Source: an uncultured Verrucomicrobiae bacterium (lineage in GTDB: Bacteria; Verrucomicrobiota; Verrucomicrobiia; Limisphaerales; Palsa-1400). Taken from it: a stretch of 64,000 bases of DNA. Location of the stretch: positions 2,048,001-2,112,000 of the forward strand of contig CAVXRD010000002.1 of the NCBI GenBank assembly GCA_963764165.1. Direction: 5' to 3'. Under the pieces are notes generated by a model that saw nothing but the letters and a program-made list of their open reading frames with translations, had not been told where the DNA came from and did not search any database. Shown here piece by piece: positions 19,011 to 28,665 of this stretch. The translations under genes and the position numbers were made by a program. The stretch's first letter is position 1. Every line of letters begins with the position of its first letter.

Positions 19011-21623
19011 ATGAAAAACTGCAGATCGCTGCGAATGTTTGGAAGGCTGGCGGCCCTCGCGCTCATGGCGGCCTGCTCCGCTTCCGCCGCGGACTACACG
19101 GCCATCGTCGCGTTTGGCGACAGCTATACAGATACAGGCAGGGGAGCCCCTTCGTCGCCTCCGGACTACTACGATGGCCGCTTTTCCAACGGTCGTCTTT
19201 GGATCGAATACTTGTCGACGACGCTTGGATTTAATTATAACGCGGCAAACAACTATGCCGTCAGCGGAACTGAATCGGACGAGCTGGGAGAGGCCATCGC
19301 AAAATATCCAGGAACAAAGGATTCCAACGGGGTCTTGTTTGCAATCTGGTCCGGCAACAATGATTTTCAGGGCCACTTGGACGAAGGAACGAACGATGAC
19401 TATTGGAGCGACAGCGTGGCCCATACCGTTTCAAGCCTTACCAATTCCTGCGGCCTGCTGTACCAGAAGGGCGCGCGCAATATTATTTTGTTTAATCAGA
19501 TCGACATTACGCAGCTTCCCATCTTCACCGAGAACTACTCGGCGGAATTCGGTGAATATATCTCGGGAGAAATCAATGATATGAATTCCCAGCTTGAAAG
19601 CGCGCTGGGGCCGCTTCTAGATGCCAGTCCCGGTCTGCAAATCTACATGGTTGACGCTTATGACGATTTTAACTCCTTGCTTGCCAATTACACATCCTAC
19701 GGGTTCGTTAACGATACTATAGGAGCCATCAATGACCCCAATCTTTCGAACATCAGCTTCACCGGTCCGGGTGCCGCGTATGTCTTCTGGGATGACCAGC
19801 ACCCCACTACCAAGGCTCACGATCTGATCTCTGGCTGGGTCGCCAACGAATTGGGTTTCAGCAGCACGCCCTCTGATTTGACGGTGCAGATCCAAGGAAA
19901 GGGGTCCGTCAGCCCCAACTACAATGGGAAACTATTGCAAATTGGGAAAAGCTACAGCATGACCGCCACCGCGGCGTCGGGTTTTGCCTTCACCGGCTGG
20001 ATCGACGCGTCCGGCACAGCTTTGACTGCCTCCCGAAAACTGGATTTTAACATGGGATACGATCTTACGTTTATCGCGACATTCGCGGATGTGAGCCCGC
20101 CGACGATGACTGTGACCGCGCCGCCCTCGGAAGTGACCCAGCCGGACCTGACAGTCAAGGGAACCGCGCACGATAATGTCGGAGTCGACGCGGTTTATTG
20201 CCAGGTCAATGCCGGAGGCTGGCAACTCGTTGCCACTGCCAACGGCTACACCAATTGGAACACGACTCTCGCACTCACCGGGGGCGCAAACACACTGCAA
20301 TTCTACAGCGTCGATCTTTCCGGCAACATCTCCAAAACCTACAGCGTGAGCGTCTTCTACGCCACTACCAACCCGTTGACTCTGGCCACCAACGGAATGG
20401 GCAAAATCACTCGAGGTTTTGGCAGCGATCTTCTGGTCGTGGGCAGGGACTACACTGTCACGGCTGTGCCAGCCGCCAACAATTTATTTTCCAACTGGAG
20501 CGCCGTGGGTCCGGACGGAGAAGTTACGTTGACCGGCAATCCGCTGAAATTTTTGATGCAGTCCAACATGATGTTGACGGCGAATTTCGTGACCAACAGC
20601 TTTCTGGAAGCGGCTGGCGAGTACAACGGCCTCTTTTCTGTCACAGCCACTGGCGTAACCGAAGAAACAGCGGGGCAGCTCCGCGATTTTAAGGTAAGTT
20701 CGCAGGGCGTTTACAGCGGCCAGCTACTGATCGGCGGAGCTACCTACTCTCTGAGCGGGCGCTTCAATGTGGCGGGTCTGGCCAGTGTGACGATCCCGCG
20801 GGCCCGCCCCGCCGGGCCACTGATTTTGCAGTTGGCGCTGAACTGGACCACTCAACCGCCCCAATTGACCGGCACAGTTTCCGGCACCAATGGCGGCGCC
20901 TGGTCAGCTGACTTGATAGCGGAGTTGGCGGGCAGCCAATTGCGCTCTGCCGCCTATACGATGCTCCTTCCGCCCCAGGCCGATGAATCGGCGGCGGCGC
21001 CGCCGGGCTACGGCTACGCCGCCATCACCAACCACAACGGCACGGTCACGTTGAGCGGAGCTTTGGCCGACGGGGCCAGCTTCAGCCAAACGGTGGCCGT
21101 CGCTACCACAGGCGACGTGCCCATCTACGCCAGCCTTTATAACCATGCAGGATTAGTGCTGGGATGGATTAATTTGGTCAATGGCTCGCCCGCGGGAGAG
21201 TTGGTCTGGATCAAAGAAGCGGCCAAGACCTCGAAAGCTTATCCGGACGGATTTACCAACAGCAGCATGCCGGCATTATGGTCCCCTTGGGCCAATCCGC
21301 CGCATGACCTGGCAGCCATTCCTATCACTGACGGAGAACTAACCGTTTCCGGCCCGGATGGGCTGGCGCCCCAGCTTTCCTTCAACATACAGGTCAACGC
21401 CGAAAACCAAGTGGTTAAATTAGCGGACGGCTCGCCAACCAACTCATTGACCGGCTCAATCAATCCCAAGACCGGAGTATGGACCGTCACATTTGGCAAC
21501 GGCAATGGGCGCGCGACCACCGAAGGCAAGGGTGCATTCTTGCAGAACACTTCCAATGCGGGAGGGTTTTTCGTGGGCGCCACCAATGCTGGATCGATCA
21601 CTCTGGCCCCCGCCTCGCAGTAG
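19011..21623 (+). CDS. Secreted SGNH/GDSL hydrolase with C-terminal repeat and Ig-like domains
   Basis: FGDSYTDTG, GRFSNG, GNND and FWDDQHP motifs; beta-rich C-terminus. Confidence 0.88.
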   Translation: MKNCRSLRMFGRLAALALMAACSASAADYTAIVAFGDSYTDTGRGAPSSPPDYYDGRFSNGRLWIEYLSTTLGFNYNAANNYAVSGTESDELGEAIAKYPGTKDSNGVLFAIWSGNNDFQGHLDEGTNDDYWSDSVAHTVSSLTNSCGLLYQKGARNIILFNQIDITQLPIFTENYSAEFGEYISGEINDMNSQLESALGPLLDASPGLQIYMVDAYDDFNSLLANYTSYGFVNDTIGAINDPNLSNISFTGPGAAYVFWDDQHPTTKAHDLISGWVANELGFSSTPSDLTVQIQGKGSVSPNYNGKLLQIGKSYSMTATAASGFAFTGWIDASGTALTASRKLDFNMGYDLTFIATFADVSPPTMTVTAPPSEVTQPDLTVKGTAHDNVGVDAVYCQVNAGGWQLVATANGYTNWNTTLALTGGANTLQFYSVDLSGNISKTYSVSVFYATTNPLTLATNGMGKITRGFGSDLLVVGRDYTVTAVPAANNLFSNWSAVGPDGEVTLTGNPLKFLMQSNMMLTANFVTNSFLEAAGEYNGLFSVTATGVTEETAGQLRDFKVSSQGVYSGQLLIGGATYSLSGRFNVAGLASVTIPRARPAGPLILQLALNWTTQPPQLTGTVSGTNGGAWSADLIAELAGSQLRSAAYTMLLPPQADESAAAPPGYGYAAITNHNGTVTLSGALADGASFSQTVAVATTGDVPIYASLYNHAGLVLGWINLVNGSPAGELVWIKEAAKTSKAYPDGFTNSSMPALWSPWANPPHDLAAIPITDGELTVSGPDGLAPQLSFNIQVNAENQVVKLADGSPTNSLTGSINPKTGVWTVTFGNGNGRATTEGKGAFLQNTSNAGGFFVGATNAGSITLAPASQ

Positions 21624-21703
21624 AAATAGTTTGCCTTGAACACAAACAGGCACGGCCCCTCATTTCAAGCAGAGGAAGCGCGCTGCTCCGGCCATCCCCG
21701 CAA

Positions 21704-21880
21704 GAGCATTTTTAAAAATTCTGTGGCCATTTGCGGCGAGGATTTTTGAGTTCTGGCGAGGCTTTTGGCGAGAGAGCATGTCCGCAGCGACCTGCGACGG
21801 AGCCGAAACGAAGCCAGCACTCAAGAAGACCGCTGTCGCTCGAATTTGGCAAATGGCCGAGAATTTTTTTAAAAATCCTC
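21704..21880. mobile_element. MITE-like element with imperfect ~30-bp terminal inverted repeats
   Basis: GAGCATTTTTAAAAATTCTGTGGCCATTTGC ... GCAAATGGCCGAGAATTTTTTTAAAAATCCTC. Confidence 0.7.
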
Positions 21881-21882
21881 GA

Positions 21883-22215
21883 AAGCTTTCATCTCGGGAC
21901 CGTTGGCCATGGTTCATTCCACCGAAATCGTCTAGAAAACCAAGGGTGCAATAGCGTGCAATAGCATGAAATGGCACGATCACGACTCATTGAGCCGCCC
22001 TGGCCTTAGCCGTAACAACGCAGTTGGATTTGGGAGCGCGACCGCCTCGCCTGGGCGGGTTGCCCGTCGCCCACCCCCGAGGGCGGGTGCGCCCCCCATG
22101 AATTGCGGGAATCCGCAAATTGTCAAAGAACACGCCTCGATGGCAACAAGAAGAAAAATAAGGCCGAAGGCCATTTTGTCAATTAACATTGCAATTACAT
22201 TGTTTGGTGGTATTA
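21883..22215 (-). repeat. Dispersed non-coding repeat, copy 1 (homologous to 52198-52457)
   Basis: Shared blocks GCTTTCATC, TGGTTCATTCC, CCAAGGGTGCAATA, GCGGGAATCCGCAAA, TCAAAGAACACGCC, GAAAAATAAGGCCGA and TTTGTCAATTAA. Confidence 0.85.
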
Positions 22216-22359
22216 TGAGGGAAGAATAGAGATGGTCAAAATTTGATTTGCGGCCGGCGGGCGCGCCCCAGAGCCGCTTGGATTTGAGTCAAAACCCTTT
22301 GTTTCGTTTTACTTGGTGTCAAATTTCCCCATGCTTGCCCGGGCCAGCCGAAGACGAAA

Positions 22360-22740
22360 AACAGCCTTGAACAGAAGGGCGCAAAGATCACGAAGAAAAC
22401 GAGCTTGTGAAAAATTGGCCACAGATTTGCACAGATCAGCACAGATTTTGGGAAAAGCCGCACTCGACAAGCTCCGGACGGCTATTTCATCCGCAACCGG
22501 CCCATGTTCCGCCATGTCGAGCGCATGAATTTCATCTGTGTTGATCTGTGTCCATCTATGGCTTCTTGGAGAAACTGGCGGTTCTGGCATTCATTTCGCC
22601 GAGGAAACTCTGCGTTCTCCGCGCGATTGCGTTTCCGGACTCGAATCAAGGACGGTATCACATGTATCGTCAACGGCTTGCCAGAGGGAGAAGAACTTTC
22701 GCGCAGAGAAGATGAGGGCGCAGAGGAACACAAACACAAA
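22360..22740. repeat. Patchwork of short degenerate PVC-type repeats (CACAGAT, CGCAGAG units)
   Basis: GCCACAGATTTGCACAGATCAGCACAGAT and its inverse ATCTGTGTTGATCTGTGTCCATCTATGGC. Confidence 0.6.
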
Positions 22741-22792
22741 TCCGCGCTCCACTGAAAACAGCGACGAACCGGGAAGAACGCGACAAGCGGTC

Positions 22793-22958
22793 AGAGCGTG
22801 TTTTGAAAATGGCTTGGGAAGGGATTGCGAGCGCGGCGGGGCGGATCGCGAGGCGCGACGAAGGAGAATATCCCTCGTGGACCTTCGACTGAGGAGCAAC
22901 GAAGCCAGCCGTCCCGCCCCGTCGCAAGACCAGCCAAGCCGTTTTCAAAACACGCTCT
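22793..22958. mobile_element. MITE with perfect 17-bp terminal inverted repeats
   Basis: AGAGCGTGTTTTGAAAA ... TTTTCAAAACACGCTCT; no ORF inside. Confidence 0.85.
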
Positions 22959-23316
22959 TAGTCATCAACGAAGCTCAACTGGTGGCATAAACTGCTGGGT
23001 GAACGGGCGGCGAGGGCGCCGGGCTTCAGCCCGGCCCCCGCCGCCCTTAACCTTGTTTAATACTCTAATAACTGTCCTGAAATCAAAGGTCGTTTTGATA
23101 CCAGTGAATTACAATCACTACGCGTATTTTATAATGGTGCCGAAATTGGAAATCGGCTAAACTTAACGGGAATGCACAGAAGAGCCATCCGACTTTGGGC
23201 ACTTCTGACGAAAGACCCAGGCGGTAGAAGCTTGACAAGCGAAAACTCGTAAAGCGAAGAAAGGATCATTATGAGTAATTCAGCAATTACAATGACCGGC
23301 AGCACCGAGCACAAGA

Positions 23317-24090
23317 ATGAAAACCTGCGAGCCTGTACTCCGTACTGTATTAAGTGCGGTGCTTGAGCATCCCATTATTGGTCTGAGCAGCATAATTTGT
23401 GCCGCAATTAGTGTTGGCTGGGCTGCAGCAATCTTCATCCAGACGTGGCCTCGCGATTACGCGGTGATCAAGGAGAATAACGTACAATATAGGCACCAAA
23501 TCGAATTTGATAATCAGCAAATAGCTAGCTTGAAGCTGCAGATTGACAATTTAAGGCAGAAGGTCGATTGGATTGGCCCGAATACTCTATCAATTCAGGA
23601 CTTACCGCCAGCACTTCAAGGCTCACCCGCTTACAGTGTTGCCAGAATTTGGGATTTTTGGTCGAATACCCTCTCACTGGATATTATCAAGCTCGACAGA
23701 ATTTTTGTAGATCTTAGTGCGTTCAAGCGAATCAATCGTGTTGTCAACTTAAACAAGATCCCCAATAGCTATCGAAGAACCAATTTCGACTCGCAATTGT
23801 CGGAATTTCTTTTGATGATTGCACCAATTTATTCGGATACGTCTCGAAGTCCAAGGCTGTCAGTAGTAGCAGAGCAAGTAAGAGAATTTCAGCGTTTCTG
23901 CAATGAATCAAGCGTAGATGGCATAGTGGGGCCAGCAACCTGGAATAACATTGAAAAAGTTCACGAAATTATCGACAGTGAATTTGAAAATCAGGGGATT
24001 GATCCACATGCCAAGTGGAAGTTTAAGGTTCGCGAACAATTCCAAAAGCGAGCGAACCCCGAACCTGCCCCCTCGCTTGCGTACGAATGA
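23317..24090 (+). CDS. Low-GC membrane protein with coiled coil and peptidoglycan-binding-like motif
   Basis: N-terminal TM segment; VREFQ...VDGIVGPATW resembles PG_binding_1. Confidence 0.6.
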   Translation: MKTCEPVLRTVLSAVLEHPIIGLSSIICAAISVGWAAAIFIQTWPRDYAVIKENNVQYRHQIEFDNQQIASLKLQIDNLRQKVDWIGPNTLSIQDLPPALQGSPAYSVARIWDFWSNTLSLDIIKLDRIFVDLSAFKRINRVVNLNKIPNSYRRTNFDSQLSEFLLMIAPIYSDTSRSPRLSVVAEQVREFQRFCNESSVDGIVGPATWNNIEKVHEIIDSEFENQGIDPHAKWKFKVREQFQKRANPEPAPSLAYE

Positions 24091-24173
24091 GTGAGTAAAT
24101 AAAGGAGGGCGTGCAACTTGCGTTTAGTTAGGATTATTCAAACACTATGTCCAGAAAATAATGAGTCACCAAT

Positions 24174-24935
24174 ATGAGTATCTGGAAGAAAATATTCCGC
24201 ACTAAGAAGTCACCAGAAGTTGAGGCTGCCGAAATCGATTCAATTCATAACGCTGCGCGATCTGGTGACTTCGAGAAGGTAAAGGCATTGCTCAAAGAGA
24301 GTCCTAACTTGGCTACCAAGACAGACCCACATAGTTTTGATGGGACGCATTTGCACTGCGCAGCGGCTAAAGGCCATAAAGACGTGGTGGAATTGCTGAT
24401 TGCCAGCGGAGCCGACGTCAATGCAACGGGATATTCCGGTGTCGGGACGCCTCTGCATGAGGCGGCGGCTAGGGGCCATAAAGACGTGGTGGAACTCTTG
24501 CTGGCCCGGGGAGCCGAGGTCAATTCCAAGGAAAATGACCAGAGAAGCGAAAGGAGTCCGTTGCACGAGGCGGCGGCTAGGGGCCACAAAGACATAGTTG
24601 AACTCCTGCTGGCCAAAGGGGCCTATCTCCATGCCACGAATCGACTGTCCGCGACGGCATTGCATTTTGCGACTCAAGGGAACCACACGAGCGTGGTCGA
24701 ACTGCTAGTGAGAAAAGGTGCCGATGTAAATGCCAAGGAGGATAATTGCAGTCAGACGCCTTTGCACTTTGCTGCCCGTAGTGGCAGTAAGAACCTGGCC
24801 GAACTACTGCTGGCGAACGGAGCTGATGTCAACGCCAAGGGACATTCTGTCGTGGGGACACCGTTGTTAGAGGCAGCTAAAGAAGGGAACAAAGAGATGG
24901 TTGAATTTCTGCGCCGACATGGCGGTCACGAATAG
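24174..24935 (+). CDS. Ankyrin-repeat protein
   Basis: Multiple TPLH.AA..GH.DVVELLL..GA.VN repeats. Confidence 0.95.
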   Translation: MSIWKKIFRTKKSPEVEAAEIDSIHNAARSGDFEKVKALLKESPNLATKTDPHSFDGTHLHCAAAKGHKDVVELLIASGADVNATGYSGVGTPLHEAAARGHKDVVELLLARGAEVNSKENDQRSERSPLHEAAARGHKDIVELLLAKGAYLHATNRLSATALHFATQGNHTSVVELLVRKGADVNAKEDNCSQTPLHFAARSGSKNLAELLLANGADVNAKGHSVVGTPLLEAAKEGNKEMVEFLRRHGGHE

Positions 24936-25133
24936 CGTCTGTGCGAATCGGGTTCTTTGACGGACCCCTCGAACGTTTTTCAATCTGTGCTAGACTTTGT
25001 GCTAGTTTCACGAAAGAACCTCGCCACTTCGGAAGAAATGGAGAATCTGCAAAAGTGACATAACATCAATAAGACCAATACCTTAAGCGGCGTGGCAAGT
25101 GATGAGGTGCGACGGCCTGAAATGGCCAAAAGT

Positions 25134-25175
25134 GGATTCTTAAGTCCTGTGCGTCTGCCATTTCGCCACTCCGGC
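25134..25175 (-). tRNA. tRNA-Leu(TAA), 5' half only (interrupted just after the anticodon)
   Basis: GCCGGAGTGGCGAAATGGCAGACGCACAGGACTTAAGAATCC is followed by non-tRNA sequence; no T-arm follows. Confidence 0.8.
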
Positions 25176-25285
25176 TCACCGAATCGCCAACTCCAGAAAA
25201 TCGCGGCCCTGTCCACACCGTAGCCCTTGGGCGAAAGTGGATGAAAATTTGGACAGGAGGAAGACGGAGGGAACGGAGTTGGAGA

Positions 25286-25981
25286 TCATTGTCCGTAGTA
25301 AGCGCTCCCCCCGTGCTTGCGTTTCCAATGTTTGTTTACAATGGCTTCAGGCAGGGGTTGAGCTTTGGGATTCAGTTGCAGCGTCTCGAACGCCATCTGC
25401 GCGCACGCTTCCAATGCAATGGCATTTTCCATCGCTTTTTCCGGCGTCGATCCCCATGTGAATGGTCCGTGGCCCTGCAATAGCACCGCCGGAATGTCGT
25501 CCGGATTTATTCCCTTTTGTTTGAAGCATTCCTCGATAGCCACACCTGTGTTCAGTTCATAGCCGCCGTCAATCTCAGATTGGGTCAGGAACCGCATGCA
25601 CGGAACGGCGCCGCCAAAATGATCCGCGTGTGTGGTGCCATAGCATGGCAGCTCGCGGCCCGCTTGCGCCCAAGCCGTCGCGTGCCGCGAATGCGTATGC
25701 ACAATGCCGCCAATGTTCGGAAACGCGCGGTAAAGATGCAAATGGGTCGCGGTGTCGGAGGAGGGACGATAGTTGCCTTCGACGACGGTTCCATCGGCAA
25801 TTTTCAAAAGAACGATGTCCTCCGGGGTCAGTTTGTCGTAAGGCACACCGCTCGGCTTGATGGCCATGATCCCCGCCCCGCGATCCACGCCGCTTGCGTT
25901 GCCCCAGGTCAGGATGACCAATCCCGAATCAACCAGAGCTTTATTGACCTGGCAGACTTTGCCTTTCAATTCATCGAGCAT
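25286..25981 (-). CDS. araD: L-ribulose-5-phosphate 4-epimerase
   Basis: TWGNAS, KPSGV, PSSDT.TH, HTHS and GTTHAD motifs; ends YYGQ. Confidence 0.95.
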   Translation of the reverse strand: MLDELKGKVCQVNKALVDSGLVILTWGNASGVDRGAGIMAIKPSGVPYDKLTPEDIVLLKIADGTVVEGNYRPSSDTATHLHLYRAFPNIGGIVHTHSRHATAWAQAGRELPCYGTTHADHFGGAVPCMRFLTQSEIDGGYELNTGVAIEECFKQKGINPDDIPAVLLQGHGPFTWGSTPEKAMENAIALEACAQMAFETLQLNPKAQPLPEAIVNKHWKRKHGGSAYYGQ

Positions 25982-25983
25982 AG

Positions 25984-28653
25984 TTATTCGTTCATCCAGA
26001 CGATTGATTGCGTCTTGCCGCGATTCTCGCGGGCGAAATTGGGAATGGCCAGCAGCGGAGAGCCGTCGCTCCATTTGCCTGTGATGACCACCACGCCGCC
26101 CAGCAAATCGGCGCGCCATTCGGTGTTGAGCGATTTCAAGTCGGGCGACAAATTCAGACTCGGCTGGTCTATGGATTCCACATTGTAAACCAGCGGGCCG
26201 CGGCGGAGCGCGATTTTATTGCGATCCGCTTTGATGCGTTCGTCTGCCTTCACGACCTGGATTTCCATCGGCAATTCCAGGTCAATTTCATCACCAGCCT
26301 TCCACTCGCGCGTGATGGCCGCGTAGCCTTTTTCAATATTTGGCGAAATCTTTTTGTGGTTCACCGCCATTGATTTCAAACCGCTGACCTCAGGAGTTGC
26401 GGTATACAAGGCACTGGTGGCGCGGTTCGGCACGCGAACGAAAATAGTGAACTTTTTAGATTCCTTCGGGTTGACTTTGATCGCGACTTTTCCGCTCCAT
26501 GGATAATCGGTTTCCTGAACCAACTGGACCTCCGTGCCGGCAACCCGCCCGGCGTTGATGCTGCTGCCGATGAAGAGGTTCACAAAAATGCCTTCATCGC
26601 CCGTCGCATAAGCCCAAGTGGGGATCGCCAGCAATGTTCGCGGAATATTGCCGATACAGCATGGGCACTCGTGCCACCCGTAGCGCAGCTTGTCCTCGGC
26701 GAGCGGATTGTCGTAGTAAAAATGAGTGCCGCTCAAATCTGTGGAGCCGAGCAGCGCGTTGTAAATGGATTCTTCGTAAAGATCGGCGAACTTCGCGTTG
26801 TGATAGGCGAGGTTCATCTTCCATTGGAAAAAGATTTCGCCGCAAGTTGAGCAGGCTTCGCAGTAGGCCTCGTTGCGCAGAGAATAATCCGGCCCGAAAC
26901 CTTCGGAGGTTTCGCCGCTGCCAATGCCGCCGGTAACATAATACTTCTTGTTTACCAAGTTGTCCCAGATCGACAGCACGGCGCTTTGGTAATCCGCATC
27001 ATGCGTTTCCGCCGCGACATCCGCCATGCCGGAGATCAGATACGACTCCCGCACCGCATGGCCGACGGCCTCGTATTCCTCCTGCACCGGGACGCGGGTC
27101 TGGTCGTAATCCCCGCCGCCGTGGCGCCCTCGGCAATCGAGCAGAAATTTTGCCAGCGCGATATAACTGTCGCCATGATGGCTGCCTTCGACATCGTTGA
27201 CGAAACGGCCAAAACGAACAAGAGACTGCTCGATCTCCTCGTGACCATCATACCATTCCTTTTTCCCCGGCCCGATGTTTGCAACCCAGCAGTCTGCTAA
27301 TTTTTTTGCGGCCTCATACATCCGTTTATCCGTGCCGCCGGTCAGTCGATAATCGGCGATGGCCGACTCGATGAAATAGCCGGAGACGTAGCCCTCGTGA
27401 TTGCCACGCTGGGCCGGATTCCAGCGTGAAGGCCACTTCCGGCGGTCTGCCAAAGTGTAAGCCGTTTGCAGATAACCGTCCGGTTCCTGCGCGCTGAGAA
27501 TTATCGGAATCCAGTCATCGAGCGTCGCGCGAATATTTTTTTGCGCGGCGATAATTCCCGGGTCGCCCTGCGGATCCACCATCAGCGCAAGGCACATCGA
27601 TTCGACTGTGTTGTGAACATACGCATTAGCCCAGGGGGCGCCGTTTTGCGGCGCGTGCGGTTCGCCACGCAACGCCTTCCCCGCCTCGACAAAATTATCA
27701 ATGCCGCCATTGCTGTGCTCTTTGTTGGTCTCGCTCAACTCATCAATGCAATGCGGAATCCAGTTCACGATGAGCGCCTTTGCCCGCGCGTTCCACAAAG
27801 GGCTGTTTATCCGGTAAGGCGCTGTGTAAACCACATCGAGCCGGTTGCTTGGCGGCGGCGGGGCAACATTTACGCGCAATGTCGAAGACGAAGCTAGTTT
27901 TCCAGTGCCAGCCGAAAAGTTTAGAACGTAATCACCGGCCTTGGAAAATGTCGCGGTGGTGATGTTAGTATCCGCGTTTTCAAAACTCACGTTTCCAGTT
28001 CCAGAAACCTTGCTCCAGGACATTTTTGCGGAGGCGTCTGGTTTTGGCAATTTTACCGAGGCGCTCAAGTAGGTTTTGCCGCCAATGACCACATCGCGAT
28101 CAGCGCCCGCGCGTACTATGGGTGGGAAGTTTGGCGAACGGCCGGAATCCAACACGCGCCACTCCAAAATTCCCGTCGAATAAGCATCAACGCCGTCCAT
28201 TTCCAGTCTCAGCTTCGCGGTCGCGACCTCCGGAAATGTCGTCACGTTGAATTTGTCGCCTTGCACGCCGAGGCCGCTGGCGTTGGTAATTTCAATGAAC
28301 TTGCTTCCGTCCCATGACTTCACCCGGCACGCTTTCGGCAAACGCACCCCTCGATGATCGTCCCACCAATACACTTCAATTTGCTTCGTGCTGATCGGCT
28401 GGCTCCAGTCATATTCCACCCACTGCGTTCCATGTGTCGGCCAGTTGCCGTAACTGCCGTTCCCATCATCTCGCGAACTGCGGGGTGCGTAGCCGTCATT
28501 GAGCGCGTCCAGTGACGTATCGCCGGAGACATATGACGCCGCAGCCTTTGCGACGACCGCCAGATTGACGGATGACGCCTCGTTCTGCGCGATGCAAACA
28601 TGCGGAGCCGAACCGAACAACAACACAGCGGCAATGCAAAAGAGAGGTCGCAT
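25984..28653 (-). CDS. GH127 beta-L-arabinofuranosidase with N-terminal discoidin/PKD-like modules
   Basis: HE.Y, GHEE, VGHAVR, YCEAC and CPCC motifs; signal peptide. Confidence 0.9.
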   Translation of the reverse strand: MRPLFCIAAVLLFGSAPHVCIAQNEASSVNLAVVAKAAASYVSGDTSLDALNDGYAPRSSRDDGNGSYGNWPTHGTQWVEYDWSQPISTKQIEVYWWDDHRGVRLPKACRVKSWDGSKFIEITNASGLGVQGDKFNVTTFPEVATAKLRLEMDGVDAYSTGILEWRVLDSGRSPNFPPIVRAGADRDVVIGGKTYLSASVKLPKPDASAKMSWSKVSGTGNVSFENADTNITTATFSKAGDYVLNFSAGTGKLASSSTLRVNVAPPPPSNRLDVVYTAPYRINSPLWNARAKALIVNWIPHCIDELSETNKEHSNGGIDNFVEAGKALRGEPHAPQNGAPWANAYVHNTVESMCLALMVDPQGDPGIIAAQKNIRATLDDWIPIILSAQEPDGYLQTAYTLADRRKWPSRWNPAQRGNHEGYVSGYFIESAIADYRLTGGTDKRMYEAAKKLADCWVANIGPGKKEWYDGHEEIEQSLVRFGRFVNDVEGSHHGDSYIALAKFLLDCRGRHGGGDYDQTRVPVQEEYEAVGHAVRESYLISGMADVAAETHDADYQSAVLSIWDNLVNKKYYVTGGIGSGETSEGFGPDYSLRNEAYCEACSTCGEIFFQWKMNLAYHNAKFADLYEESIYNALLGSTDLSGTHFYYDNPLAEDKLRYGWHECPCCIGNIPRTLLAIPTWAYATGDEGIFVNLFIGSSINAGRVAGTEVQLVQETDYPWSGKVAIKVNPKESKKFTIFVRVPNRATSALYTATPEVSGLKSMAVNHKKISPNIEKGYAAITREWKAGDEIDLELPMEIQVVKADERIKADRNKIALRRGPLVYNVESIDQPSLNLSPDLKSLNTEWRADLLGGVVVITGKWSDGSPLLAIPNFARENRGKTQSIVWMNE

Positions 28654-28665
28654 AATAATTCAGGG

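Noticed and set aside
21660..23314. Short ORFs in the intergenic gap
   Set aside because: They overlap MITEs and repeats and lack coding motifs.
24940..25133. Group I intron in tRNA-Leu(UAA)
   Set aside because: No recognisable P/Q/R/S core and no downstream 3' exon; the sequence looks more like an att arm.
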